DNA of 64,000 nt from Octopus vulgaris (lineage: Eukaryota). The notes under the pieces were generated by a model. It saw only the letters and a list, made by a program, of their open reading frames with translations, did not search any database and was not told where the DNA came from. Location: NCBI GenBank assembly GCA_951406725.2, contig OX597815.1, positions 96,968,001-97,032,000 of the forward strand, read 5' to 3'. Position numbers and translations under genes: made by a program. Numbering within the stretch: position 1 is the stretch's first letter; every line of letters begins with the position of its first letter. This document shows positions 38,583 through 52,628 of this stretch, piece by piece.

Positions 38583-41500
38583 TGTATGTGTGTGTAATTG
38601 TGTATAAGTATATATATATATATATATATATGTATGTACATATCTATATATACACTTACGCTCACTCACACATACACACACATACATATATAATGCTGAA
38701 GTTATTCAATCATAAGAAAGATATCAGTATAACTGATAAGAGACTGACTCGTTATGTAGCAAATAACAAAATATTTCCTTTATTTAGGCAGAGCTATATC
38801 TTTAAGAGCTCGGTTTACTAACTACGTCTCTTTGAACAATCAAATTGTGCCGTTACTCTACAGCAAAAATATTTCTACCTATTGCAGTATCCTACAATTT
38901 TATAATAAATCTACTTACAACACATCCATTGCTAAATACTTTAGTTACCCAATATTATGCGATTGAACATCAGCAAAATTATCGTAGCTCCACCAGTTTA
39001 ATATGAAATGTTCCTGGCAGTAAATGTAATTCATTTATGACTAAATTGTAATAGCAAAGTAGATAAACGAGATAATAGTCAAATATGCATCTCTACTGAT
39101 TCATTTTTACCAAGTAGATACAAATTTAGCTGAAGGGTATTTATGAAATCTGATATCTACAAAAACAAAAATCTTATTTTAAGCAGCTGGGTGAATTTTA
39201 GCAAATCTGCATTCCTGCTAGATAATTATATGCAAAGCAAATTATTGTTTTGTCTGTGTCTTGCCACTGCAAACTCTCTCATTTTCCAGGTTAATCTGCA
39301 TTGCCTAGTCGTGTAATAAGACGATGTCGGCGTTCAAATCACTTCTGTTAACATAAACATTGCGTTTTAGTATGGGTCACCAAGCATTGAAGTCCCTTGA
39401 ATGTTTCCATCACTACAAACTCCCGCAGATGATCTAGGGATATGCCTTCCCTATATCCCATGATAATGCATTCCGTGAAAAATCATAATTTTTTTCCATC
39501 TTAATTATTTCATCTGTCATAATGAATGTACTACAAATACTTTAAAATACTAGTTCCAATATAACGTTCTGCTGTTCTATTATGTTTGAGATATCTTTTT
39601 TGAGCAATGTACATTTTATCAGTGATGTATTTGCACAAGTATTATCCGTCAGTCGACGTTTGTTTTTGTTGCGAGATACCGTTTGATAGATACATGCTGT
39701 ATAAATTGAAACCTTATGACATTTTCGTCTTGTAGTTTAGTGTCTCATTATATGTCAAGTTTTTGTTTTCATTTAGAGCTACTGAATCTTTTGCACGCTG
39801 TCCTCATCCATGCACAATCTATATTCATCACCTCTAAACTACGCAGCAACTATGATAGCAAAATAGAAAGTATTATACCATAAGGACAATGCAATGTTAT
39901 TATTTTGAATAACAAACATTTATTCACAGCCATCACAACAATAAAATCGTCTGACTTGGCTACGCCAACTGATTCTCAAAAGATATCCTAGAAATAGCAA
40001 GCCTGATGACTTCTGCTGAAATCTGGTGATCTCTGTCCTGGATATTTGTTTTCTGCAACTTAATAAAACATGCGTTTCAAAGAATAGGTTTCTATCAGAG
40101 ATGGAAACCACATCTATCACATCTAAGCCTCTAGTAAGCTCAAGAAATACCTGGGGTAGTATGAAATATTTACTACCATACAAATGATGTCTTTTCACCC
40201 TTTCTGTAATACAAGTACTGCAACACTCTACATAAGTGGCTGGTTGACTATCGGGTCTACTCTAACTCAAACAACAAACAGTTCGCTTGTACATCAACAG
40301 AATGATTTCGTTTTCAAATCCTAAATAAATCAATATATTTACTCCCGAAGTAAATAGAAAAAAAGAACCAAACAATGGATAAAACATTAGCTTAGAATCC
40401 TCTCCCATTGCTTTTATTTATATCTTTCGGAATGAATTTGGTCTCAAGGTCTTCGAGCGAATAATCAGCCATGCAAATGAAATAGAGCATGTAAAGACAA
40501 TTTCTTCCGGATTAAGGTAAAAACAAATATGTAAGTCAATCACATATTACAATAAAGATAGCGGTTTCAATGCCGGGATTTAGTAAATTAGCCTCTTGTT
40601 AAATAAGTACCTATAAAAAAAGCTGTCATTTTCGTTTGCTACCGACGATAGAACAATTTAGAACGTGCGGTAGAATATCGTCAGGCCTTATTACTTGAAA
40701 GACAAATCTATAATTTTCTCAAAGAGACAATCCACGCTACTAAACTAACATTATCACAGCTCGTGATAATGTTACTATATCGTTTCTACAAATATTCCGC
40801 TGCCAACTCCAATTTTCCTCAATGGTTTAAGCGGTTGGTGAAATTGTATGGTGTCTTATGTATTTTGATAAGACCGAATTAGAAATACTGAGTTTATTTT
40901 TGGAAACTTGAAACATATTTTGGTCCGGCGTAATATAATAGATATTGCATTTCTTCCTTAGACTTCTAGCAGACGCCACGAATTAAGCAAAGTGTAATTC
41001 TAATCCGTAACTTAAATATTGGTAACTCTTTTTTCCATAAGTATTTGTAACTAATTTTACAGTAAGTGAGAATCTAATGAAAAGTATATTTTGTGTACAA
41101 TATTCAGATGCCAAATCTATACGGTCTACGAAATATGAGGGTCATAGTTATTTTACATTTTGAATAAGAGTAACAAATGTTTAACGCAAAACTGTATTAG
41201 AAATAGAAAGCTTTAAATATATTGATTTCTGATATAGTCGTAGGGCCATAAATTTGGTGAAGCATATAGTGAACTACACATGCCAAATACTTAGCTGTTA
41301 ACTCCATTTTAATAACCCTAAACAGATGAAACGAATATAAATTCGACTTGTGTGACTTAATCTCAGAAGGTAAACAGTGATAACTAGATATGCCAACAAC
41401 TTTTATAGGATACTTTGGTAACTCTGCCGTATGAATGCAATTTTCCCTGCACTCTACCGATTTTACCACTACAGCCGCCATCGTCTAGCGATTCTGTCGA

Positions 41501-42429
41501 TTTTAATAGCAACTTACTCGTAGTTCTAGTGTTCTGCCAATCTACCGCAGTAATAATAACCTTGAGGTAGTATACATATTTAATTGTATCATTTAAAACG
41601 TTGTTCCCAATAAGGTGAACTTTCAATACAATGATATAACAGACAGCAAAGATACATATACAATAATGGTATGTACGTCCATTACCATTTTTAATAGATC
41701 GAGAGAATATTTATCGATGTTATTGCAATTTCTACAATTACCTAAGTTATTTCAATAAGAAACAACTTGTTTCTACTTCCTAAATTTGTATTTGACGCCA
41801 TTGATTTATCTGATTGGCAATAGTGTTAAGCCCTTTTAAAATTGCATTGAAAGTTTGTCTATCTCGGCTACGTACGTAAATATGTAAATAAATGGGCCGA
41901 GAATTGTCATTGATCTCATATTATTCTTCAACTACCACACGGAACTGGACATTTCACAGCTTGATTGTATTAAAACCAGACGGACAAATTGTTATTAGAT
42001 TGTTAGTAAACCTTTTGGCTTTTTACCAATCACGTTTAGATTTGGCAAGTGCTAAGTAAGTTATTTTCAGAACACTGAAATATGAGAATTTGAAAAAGGT
42101 GTTCTTTCAGTTGACCTGCTTCGTTTTTAAAGAAAACAAATATTTCAGTTCTTGCAGACTTTGTGTGTGTATGTGTTTTATGCGTGTATTTTTGTGAGTG
42201 TGTGTTTATAAACGCGCGCATATTTGTTTCTGGGCGTTGCAGGTATGTATGTACGTTCGCAATAAGCAAATTGCTTAGTAGCACACCTCGTGTTTGTGAA
42301 TTTGTAAATTTGTTTTTATTGGTTAGCATCTTGGTAAAATGCCTTATCTATACACACATACATACATGCTTCCATATATACAAACACACACGCATATATA
42401 CTTTTTAAGGTTTCTAAATTTATCTATAG

Positions 42430-43480
42430 GACCGTCCTCAGATACGTTCGGTCACAATATTGATGACTGCGTCCGTTCTACCACCCTCTGCTGTCAACAG
42501 CTCGATGTATTTATCTCCCTCGTTAACCCATTTTACTATCTTGGAACTTATTGCAACCGAATTTGATACATTTGTTAATTTGCTCTGCATCTCTATCGGA
42601 ATCAAAGACATCCGCTTTCATATCCTCCCGCCATCTATTCCTATCTCCACTACTTTCTCCTCACTCTAAGCGTATTAAAATTGCCTGTCTGTCATTCACA
42701 TCGCATTCTCAAATACCACTGCATTCATTCGGATTTCGATCACCACTGTAAAGGAATGCTATATGAATTCGTAAAGAAAGGTTACTATTATTCGGGTGTG
42801 ACCGTATCACTTTTTGGCAATATTTTTCTTCGACCATCTGCAGACTAGATTTAATACTTCTTCACGTTCTCCTCATCATTCTTCCTATTGATCCGTAAAC
42901 ACATTTGTATCACGATCACTCTCCCCATAACCTTTGGAATTCTTCACACACCATCAACCCTCTCTTTTGAGAAAGATGTGAAATCCGGTTACCACCTAGC
43001 CATAAAGAACCAGTTACATTCAAATGCCTACCACTAGCATATCAGTGGTACTATATTACTGGGTGCAAGTTACAGTAAAACATTTTGGAAACTTCTTTTG
43101 CACGTATAAGTGAGATGGCCATGCAGTTTTGTATAACTTAGGAAAAGAGGCCACAAACTTGCTCATCACTTTTTCGGAGGCTTTCAATGCATACAATTAC
43201 GTATGTCAAGACATCTTGTTGCTCCCAATATCAACGAATGTTGCCATTTATCAGTGTATTCAACACAGTCGAGGATAGCAATGTCATATCCAATTTACGG
43301 TTTATGAACATTGTTTCAAATGAAAATTTCTCCTTTAACACTTTCACTATTATTCTGTTCTGCAGCTACCCTCTGGATTAATATTTCCCTGCACACCACA
43401 CTGGCCCTATCCTTTCATTTTATTGTCATTTATCTTTCCATGTATTTCTTTTATATGGTTTCTGTCGCATATTGCCTCCT
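42430..43480 (-). pseudogene. Very old RTE-like LINE remnant
   Basis: Minus strand LDMTLLSS (YADD-region-like) near 43280 and RNRWREDMKADV (RTE C-terminal RW..D motif) near 42625. Heavily decayed. Confidence 0.4.
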
Positions 43481-43699
43481 CCTCCAAACTCTCATTCCGT
43501 ATATATGTATATGCATGTGTGTGTGTGTGTGTTTGTCTCTGTGATTGCCCTCGCGTGTGTGTGAATCTTTGTGTGAGCTTATATGCGCTTGTGTTTGCCT
43601 TCAATTGCAGTTGCTAACGCAGGCGTGACGAATGTAAAAGTTTGCACTTTTTAATTATTCTGCCATCTCAACTTTGAAGAATGTCCCATTTAGAAACGC

Positions 43700-43868
43700 A
43701 GGCGCAGGCATGGCTGGCTGGCAAAATGTGCCATTCTTAAACACATAGTTCAAGTTTCAGTGATGTCAGTCCAACCAAAGGCTTGTGAATAGATTTGGTA
43801 GGGTAACACTGAAAGAAACCTGTTTTATCTATATCTGTCTATCTATCTATTTACATGCATATATATAT

Positions 43869-43906
<38 letters not shown>

Positions 43907-44135
43907 TTTGTGTGTCTATGTCTGTATGAATGTGTGTCTGTGTGTTTGTTTTTGTCTCCCCAGATGACCTGACAATTAATGCTGGTGCGTTTACGTCTTT
44001 GGATCTTGTAGGGGCGGCAAAAAGTCCTATATAATAAGTATCAGACCTTTAAAGTGTCGATTCGTTAGATTAAAATTTCTCGAAGCAGTTCTGCCCCAGC
44101 ATTATGACCGAAACAATTAAAGGATAAAACAATAA
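43700..44135 (+). mobile_element. SINE family B (OR-like) with an internal microsatellite
   Basis: GGCGCAGGCATGGCTG head, CCAAAGGCTTGTGAATAGATTTGGTAG..AACACTGAAAGAA, (TA/TG)n, GGTGCGTTTACGTC...GGCAAAA..AATAAGTA and a TGCCCCAGCAT tail. Collinear with 62825-63200. Confidence 0.8.
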
Positions 44136-44452
44136 AACATAGCACACACGCAAATACATTCATAAACATACGCGCGCGCGCTCTCATAGGTTTGTCTGAA
44201 GAATCGTTGCTAGAAACTTGGGCCACCAGCTAAGAAGTATATAATTTCCATAATTCATATTACTTCATGTTTTCTTGTTTCCTCTTATTTATTTACAGAA
44301 TCAATGGCCCACGTGCCACACTTCCTACCTGCGTGTACTTGTGTGGTTCTGCGTGGATGTGCCTGTTTGTTGAATAGCTCTCTTTGTGTAAAACACTGCA
44401 TGTGTATTTCTGAGTCATTTCTAACTAGGCGATATAGAGAGGATGCGAAGGA

Positions 44453-44812
44453 GGCGGGCTGGCAGAATCGTTAGCACGCCGGGTGAAATGCTTGGCGGTA
44501 TTTCGTCTGCTGCTACGTTCCGACTTCAAATTCCACCGAAGTCGACTTTGCCTTTTATCCTTTCGGGGTCGATAAATTAAGAACCAGTTACGCACTGAGG
44601 TCTATGTAATCGACTTAGTCCCTTTGTCTGTTCTTATTTTTCCCCCTCTATGTTTGATCCCTTGTGGGCAACAAATAAGGAACGTATTTCATCGGTCCTT
44701 ACGTTCTGAGTTCTAATTCCGGCGAGGTCGCCTTTACTTTTCATCATTTCGGTGTCGATAAATTAAGTACCTCCCCCAAAATGTCGGGCCTTGTGCCTAA
44801 AGTAGAAAAGGA
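44453..44812 (+). mobile_element. Two tandem SINE family A copies (full 44453-44683; partial 44684-44812)
   Basis: A box TGGCAGAATCGTTAG, B-box-like TTCAAATTCC, core GCCTTTTATCCTTTCGGGGTCGATAAATTAAG. The second copy repeats the core with a different tail. Confidence 0.9.
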
Positions 44813-45688
44813 TATAGAATACTAAAGTCCTTCTTTTCATATTGTGTTGCTAATCTTCTACATATTTCTTGCAATATCTTGTTTTGGTGAAGTTTTCCAA
44901 AATATTATTGAGTCAGCTTTTCTGCTCGATATTATTTCTTACCCTCTGTGGTTGGCCAAACGAATGCGATTACAAAGATGTTAAACCATTTAACATTCCA
45001 GTTATTATTTGTATTTGTAATATAGATGTTATAAATACATAAAATTATATTAGAAACCATTGGGTTGCATTACTCACTAATAAAGTTATCACATGTTATA
45101 TCATATAAAGAATATTTTATCATAATACTCATTCATACGACACTGGATAATAAATTGTTATTAACTTAGTTTCAGATGGTTTCCATAATTAATTAATATT
45201 TACGCCTAAGACTTATGAATATTTGTTTCTCATTCTCATTATTATGGGACATCATTGTTATTAAATTTTGATATTGACAGTTTGGTAGTGTTTATGTCTT
45301 TCACAAAATCTCTTCGACTGTGTTATTTATACAGAGGTTTTGGAATATGTTTATCGTCCAAATTTTAATACAAATTTAACTCAGCCGAGTGCATCAAATG
45401 AACGCACCTAGGTGTTGAACTGAAGAAGAAAATCTATTAGATTTAAACAAAAAGCTTAAGAGTACCTAATGATCTGGGTCAATACTGGCGTATCTAAGTA
45501 TCAATGTATATATATATATATATATTGGTGGGGCGAGGGGCTTTTATAATTTCACACAATACTTTGGCATCGGTGTTTTTATCTTCGAAAGAATAATGCA
45601 TAAAATTTTATAATCGTTACAGACTGTATGGAAAAAAAGCGCAAAATGTTTACATTTCGAATGAATTTTTATGAAATATCTTGGGTAA

Positions 45689-45739
<51 letters not shown>

Positions 45740-45821
45740 GCCATTCGAAGGCTAAAACAATGCGAACGCATTGTGACCAGCGATGTGTAAAAACATCTGA
45801 TGATCTGGTCGGTCACGTGAT

Positions 45822-45864
<43 letters not shown>

Positions 45865-46371
45865 ACTAGCTCTGTTGTTAGAAGATTCCTTCCTTTACGA
45901 TATGTATCTTATTTTCCTATTATTTTATATTTTTGTTAATATTGTTATTAGCTTGTGAATTAGCGTACTACGTATAATTTACATTGGGAAAGAGTTTTGT
46001 AAGACAAAAACTTATCTAATAGGTAGGAAGTTTATTTGTTATGTAGTATTGCATTTAAATAAATACTTTCAACATTAATTGATACTTTGGTTAACTCTAT
46101 GAGTGAGTGTAATATTAAATCGATATATAAATTAATTATATAGTAAGTTTAGCTAATTTTTGAGTGTATATCTGAAAGATTTTTCTATTTTTAATACTTG
46201 TAGTTATAGTTTGTAGTGGAATAATGTATATAAGTCAGCATGATTTTTTTTAGTATATATTACTTAATTAGAATAAGATATAACTTAGATGTATATACAA
46301 TAAATAAATAAATAATTTAATATATATAGCTCAAATTATAGTATTTTAACTTCACTTACTGAATATTATGT

Positions 46372-46414
<43 letters not shown>

Positions 46415-46417
46415 AAT

Positions 46418-47400
46418 CCAAACGGGAAACAAAAAAACAACAACAATGGAACAATTACAGTATTATTATTAATAGGCGCTCAGGAAATGGAAGCAGGGAG
46501 GTATGACGTTTCGAGCGGAGCTCTTCGTCGGAAACATAAAGAAGGAAGAGAGAGGAAAGAAAGATCCCGGAGCGGGCAACGGAGATAGAGAAAAAAACGA
46601 CTGGTGTTAGGAGTTACACATGGTGAAAGGCGGATGTTTACGATAACAAGAGCAAAGTGGGTTTTTAAAGGCAAAAGAGTGGAGACAAGGTTGGTAACGC
46701 AACAGATGTGTGTGTATGTGTGAGTGTGTGCGTGTGCGTGTGTGTATGTGTGTGTGTGAGGCGAGATAAAAAAACAAAAAATATATGTATGTGTTAGTGT
46801 GTGCGTCTGTGTGTAGGCGTGTGAGGTAGGGCGAGACGGTGGTCAGCATAGCAGCAGCATAGCAGACAAAGGTCAGTAGTAAGAAAAGGGAGGAAGGAGG
46901 AAGGGAGGGAGGGGAAGGGGTGGGGGCGTATGTAGCGTGCCAGCGTGTGTTGAGTAGTAGTGTGTGTGTGTGCCCAGTGTCGTGGTAGTATTAATGACGA
47001 GTAGATTGAATGTGTGTAAGGGTAATGTATATGTTTAAGCAATGTGTGTATATGTGTGCGCGCGTGTGTAACGAAAAAAGGGGGGGTTAAGGAAAAGGAC
47101 TCCAGCGGAGGGGAAGATGGAAGAGTGGTCCCGCGGAGACGGGCGTGGGAAAACCCAACGACAAGCGACATCCCAGGAACGGGCGGGAGGTCTCGTCGGG
47201 TCCAAGGGCGAGGTGCATGCGGCGCGCATGCGTGCGCGAACCGGCGCAAGCGCGTGTGTGCGCGCGCCTGCGAGTATGCGCGTACGTATGTGTGTGTGTG
47301 GATGTGTGAGTGTGTCTGTGTGTATGTCTGGGTGGCAGTGTGTCCGATGAATGTATGTGAGTATGTGTGTATATATGTGTGTGCATAGATGTATGTCCGT
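46418..47400 (-). mobile_element. Non-coding Penelope-related repeat (pLTR/3'UTR or retrozyme-like) between (TA)n tracts
   Basis: Hammerhead-like motif near its 3' end and a CpG-rich block at 47100-47285. No RT or endonuclease motif recognised. Confidence 0.5.
46500..46536 (-). ncRNA. Minimal hammerhead-like motif (U4C variant)
   Basis: Reverse complement TTT-CCGACGA-AGAGCTCCGCTC-GAAACGTCA, matching the Penelope-type CTGANGAAGAGC..GCTCGAAACGT pattern. Stem I is weak. Confidence 0.55.
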
Positions 47401-47571
47401 GTGTGTGTAATATATATATATGTATATATTGTTTTAAATATGTTGTTTTAATTACTTGTATTTTAATTTTCTAGTAATGATATAGTATAATTTGTTATTT
47501 TTTCTTCTATATGCTAAAATATATTTTCATAGATAAGATAAATATTTATATCTATCTATTCTAGTTTTATT

Positions 47572-47619
47572 ATTCTATGCTGATGAAGGAAATAACTCGG
47601 AAATCGCGATACACAGATA
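47572..47619 (+). ncRNA. Minimal type I hammerhead-like motif with canonical core
   Basis: CTATG-CTGATGA-AGgaaataaCTcg-GAAATCGCGATA-CACAG. Palindromic stem III ATCGCGAT; stems I and II are imperfect. Confidence 0.55.
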
Positions 47620-48202
47620 TCATTTTGAGCTGAGTTGTGGTGCTAGATTCCCTTGTCGAAAATATAAGGACACAGATCGTGTCGTGTAGCCAGCTGGAGA
47701 CAATATCTCCTGGGTCTAAATTGCTGCAACATTCGTCGTAAACTAGGACTGCCATGTTATATTGGCAAATCATTAGTGCAAAGTACTGCTGCTGAATTAG
47801 CTTAATAATGCCAGTTCATCTCTACATTTTACTATTCTATTTACCCCTTCCCTTTGGTTTCCGTTCTCTTCCTTTCCCTAATTCTTTTTATCTCCCCTTC
47901 ACCGTTCATTATCTGTCCTGTTTTCGTTACTAAATTTGACCCTCCGCAAATCACAAATTTTATTTTGATTTGAGGGAGCAACTGTTTTCTTGAAGGCATA
48001 TTTTGTCGTAATTACTCGAAATACGGAATAGATAAAGAGTTGACAACTTATGAAGGGTCTTTATGTTACTTGTCTTGTATTCTGTTTGTTTCTTTTGTTG
48101 TTCGCATGAAACATTCGTATTTCATGTTGTTTACGTTTTATGACGTCTTGTACCCTTATATGCATATGTATATACATATACATACATAGATCCATATATA
48201 TG

Positions 48203-48269
<67 letters not shown>

Positions 48270-48344
48270 TGAATTCCGTCATCGGCGCTATATTATATAT
48301 ATATATATTATGGACATATATGCAGATATGCATGTATATATTTT

Positions 48345-48377
<33 letters not shown>

Positions 48378-48543
48378 ACATGTGTGGCTTATGAGTAATT
48401 TAGCAATCTAAAAGCAAATTTAAACACGTCGCAAGATTGGCAGAGTGTACAAAATGGTACCAACATTGCTAGTAATAAGATTCTCAACCACTCATTTGCA
48501 ACAAGGGCACTATCTTAATAATGGATATATATTTTATATATCT

Positions 48544-48617
<74 letters not shown>

Positions 48618-49723
48618 ATATATATATGTATGTATATATATATATATATATGTATATTGTTATATATGGGTATATGTATTTGTGTATCAAACATAAAATT
48701 AATCACTATAAATCGATTTCAAATGTTTAAACATCCTCTTAGTCTTTTTCTGTAATAGAAACGAAAGCAAATCATGCGCAAATTATTACTGAACAGCTGG
48801 GAAAATAACAGATAGTCGTAAATAATACTAACAAACTGTACATATATCCAGGAGATGTATTACTCATAAATCAAGTATAGACATCCAATTCATCTCATTA
48901 GTAATAATAAATATAACATATGTAATTTACATTAAAGAAAAACAAGAGAACAACAGCGAAGAGAGCAAACATAAAGCTTATAAATAAATAATGAACAAAA
49001 TAAGCTGATGATGACAAAGAAATGTGATGAATAAACAAGCGAATTTAGTTTATTTACAATTCATTCTAACTGTTTTGCTGGAATAGCACATTGCGCAAGA
49101 AGGAGAATAAAAGGACAATGAAACTCTTGCAACACTTATAAAAAAAATAAGGCTCTGTCCAATAAAATGTGCGAAAGATAGTAAGCAGATTGTTATACGC
49201 TATCGATCGATTCGAGTTTCAGAATATATTTAGGAGCCAATCGTATCCTTTGATCAATAATATTTCTATTGTAAATTGTTTGCGCAGAATAATGTTATTT
49301 ACATAAGCATTTTGGGTCACGTTGGTTTAGTTAGTGACTCGAACACAAAGACGTATCACGCATTTTAGCATACTAATATTTATTAGAATCTATAAAATCA
49401 GTGAGCGGTAGTCGTATCAAAGCGTTTCAATTCCTTTTATCATTATCTGTGACATTATCGACATTTACATAACAGCTCGACATTACGCATATTCCAAATT
49501 CATTTACATTTTTACTTTACTCCCATTTATATAACTGTGTCCTAGTTGTCAGTATTTTACTTTCTTATCCGCCTCTCTGTTTATTCATCTACGTCTCTCA
49601 CTGACTCTCTTCCTTCCCTCCTTCATTTTCTACCCTCCCTCTGTCTCTATATTTATATATACACATACGAATGTACGTCTGTGTGCATGTATGTATGTAT
49701 GTATGCATGCATATATGTATGTT

Positions 49724-49762
<39 letters not shown>

Positions 49763-52236
49763 TTTTTTTTATTCATATATATACAAATATATGAAGTGAT
49801 ACATATTTGGGAAGTGTAGTGAGGCTGCATGTACATGTAAATCTGATTTAGCATTGTAATTCGATTTAACAATACTGAACGTTTCCATGGCTACCTAAAA
49901 CTTTTAGCAAAATTATGGCATATACAACCAACTCATCTACACTTGCAAGTGATTATTATGCTTTATATACATACGTGTGTCTATGTGTATGTGTGCGTGC
50001 GTGCGCGCGTGTGCATGTGTGCGTGTGTGTGAGTGTGAAACCAAATCTCGTCTTATTTGTTCATAAGTGCTTGAAGGGAATTATGAAACTACTTCATTTA
50101 TCTACGTCTAGTTCTGGGAAGCGTATAGAAAACTGAATGACATGTTACATCTTCATCTACCTATTTCTGAAATAGTATTAATAAATCAGTCTATGATATC
50201 ATTAGCAAGTAAATAACATATCTTCATAGCAGTTAATTTTTTCCAAATATGACTTACTCAAACCAACAACGGACACCATACTTTGTCTGGTCGTATTCGA
50301 ATTGCACCATATAGAGGCAACCCTTCTCTAAATCGCTTTCTACTCTCTTAAGAAATGGACAGTTCTAAAATGAGGTGTAGTTCTAAAATGCCTGGGGTAT
50401 AGGATGATGATAACCGAAATGTCTCTCATCTTAATTATGGTTGCATCTGCCAAGTTTGTCCAAAGTTTCTACACCATCATTAACATCTAGCGACAAAGAA
50501 ACAAGTTTCACGGACTCCTACATATGAATAAACAGTTGCGTATAACTAACACAACAGTAAATATCATTCGTTTCATTGATACTATCAAATGCATCTTGAG
50601 AATTATCAGTGGTATGTACACACACAAATGCCGATTGTATTATAAAAAGATATGTAATAAGAAATTAATACGCAAATGTAATTTTGAGGAAATGGAAATA
50701 TATGTACATAATATTGAACGCAGCTGTAATTCAACTGTGCAAATAGTTAAAGTTGCAGCCGCGTTGTTACCAGATTTCAAGAAATTACTCCAGAATAAAC
50801 TATTTGTAGTCTTAAGAGATTCAATATCAGAGATCCTGTCATAACACACCTTATAGAAAACGTCCAAGATGCAAAATGAACAATATCGATTAAAACAGTT
50901 ATATTGAAAAGTATACATTCTCTTTACGGCATGTTGTTTTCTAGAGTAGCAATTGCAATGACTTCGTAGGGAAACACTGTCATGGGAAGAATATTAAAAG
51001 ATATTATCTGCAGTACGTTGATTCGTGTCAAAACAATGAATATTAGCGGAACAATACTACCATATCTTCATCAATTACTAACATTACGGGCTTGGCATAG
51101 CGGATGTGAATATTTCCTCTGACAACAAAAATAACAAAAACATATTTTTTTAAAATTAGAGGTATCATTACAAAACATAGAACTTCTATACACAGCAGAT
51201 TATGTTTTTCATTGAGACACATAGTAATAGCTGCACTTGTTTATGTTATTATGTGTCTAAATAGTAATCTCGTAATCCTATATATTTCTAGTTGTTCTAA
51301 ATCAATTCGAATAACAATTCGTACATAGCTTTTGGGTGTGACTACCAGCCACTAGATATTGCAGTATATCCATAAAAGAACTCGACAGGCGCGAGGAAAT
51401 TAATATAATCTGAATCTCTTCGGAAAGTGTTGTTTGTCTGATAACCTGAAAATCTACGGTTCTCTTTAAAATGTGCTAAGCAGTATAAAGTTACTTAAGG
51501 GCATATTGCCTAAAAGATTAAATGGTAATAAAAGATTAAAAACAAGAAAAATATTAAATTCCAATATAGACAGAAGAAATTCTCCTATATTTAGCATCGA
51601 ACGGATTTTGTAAAATTTAACTCGGATATACGATACAATGAAAAAACAGTACGTGATGCAGAAAATACGCATCGGATGCTAAAAAAACAAGAAAGCTCTT
51701 TAAAAAATATCTGTATATTATAAACTTAGACAGTATAAAAGCCAAATACGGATAAATATGATTTTGTAAGGAACTTACGTAGTATTTATTTCAAACGCAA
51801 TGTTAGCCGGAGCTAAATTGTGACAATATGGTGCAAATGAAACAGTAAATCATTGCTGTTTAGTCTGTAGTATAATCTTAAGCATATGTATATACATTTA
51901 AACACACTTATGAGTGCACATATCCCACTTAAGAAGCACATAATTAGACAGGGAATACTGTTCATGGATACAAAAACGAATAGGAGACAGGCAAAAGGTT
52001 ACAAGCATAAATAAAAAAAGAAGACTGCACGGCTACATGTTTGTTTCTGTGTTTTAAACCCCTCTTTCCGAATTAGAAACACACTTGGAACTAAGCAAAC
52101 CATGAAATTATACAGTCATGTATAACTACAAACATACGCTCACATATCGACACAACATATATAATCACACATATTTATACAACTGCAAACATTTATATAT
52201 ATGCATATATATAGACACGAATAAACATGTATATGT

Positions 52237-52277
<41 letters not shown>

Positions 52278-52628
52278 TAAGAAAGTTTGTTTGGTAAAGC
52301 ACGTGGGTGAATATATAAGAAAATAGTAAAGTGTGAAAAAACGACAGAAGGCTTAAATGTTAAAAGATATATATATTTGTGTCAAAATGTCTGGAGAATA
52401 TTGGAAAAATTTTTTTTCCTTTCCTTAAAATGACATAATTTTTAAATTTTTAAAGAAATTACCGGTTTCGCGTGTAGCTTTTCAAATTTCTTGTGACGTT
52501 ATGTTTATATTGCATGGATTTATCGTTGTTTTTATTTCCAGGAGATTTCTAAATAAGGGGAGGTAGTGAGTGATTTTTTCCGGTGTAGGGGAGATAATCG
52601 CTTAAAAAATTTTTTTCCCATTTCCTTG

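Noticed and set aside
44453-44540. tRNA gene
   Set aside because: The A/B boxes belong to a multi-copy SINE head; no full cloverleaf is evident.
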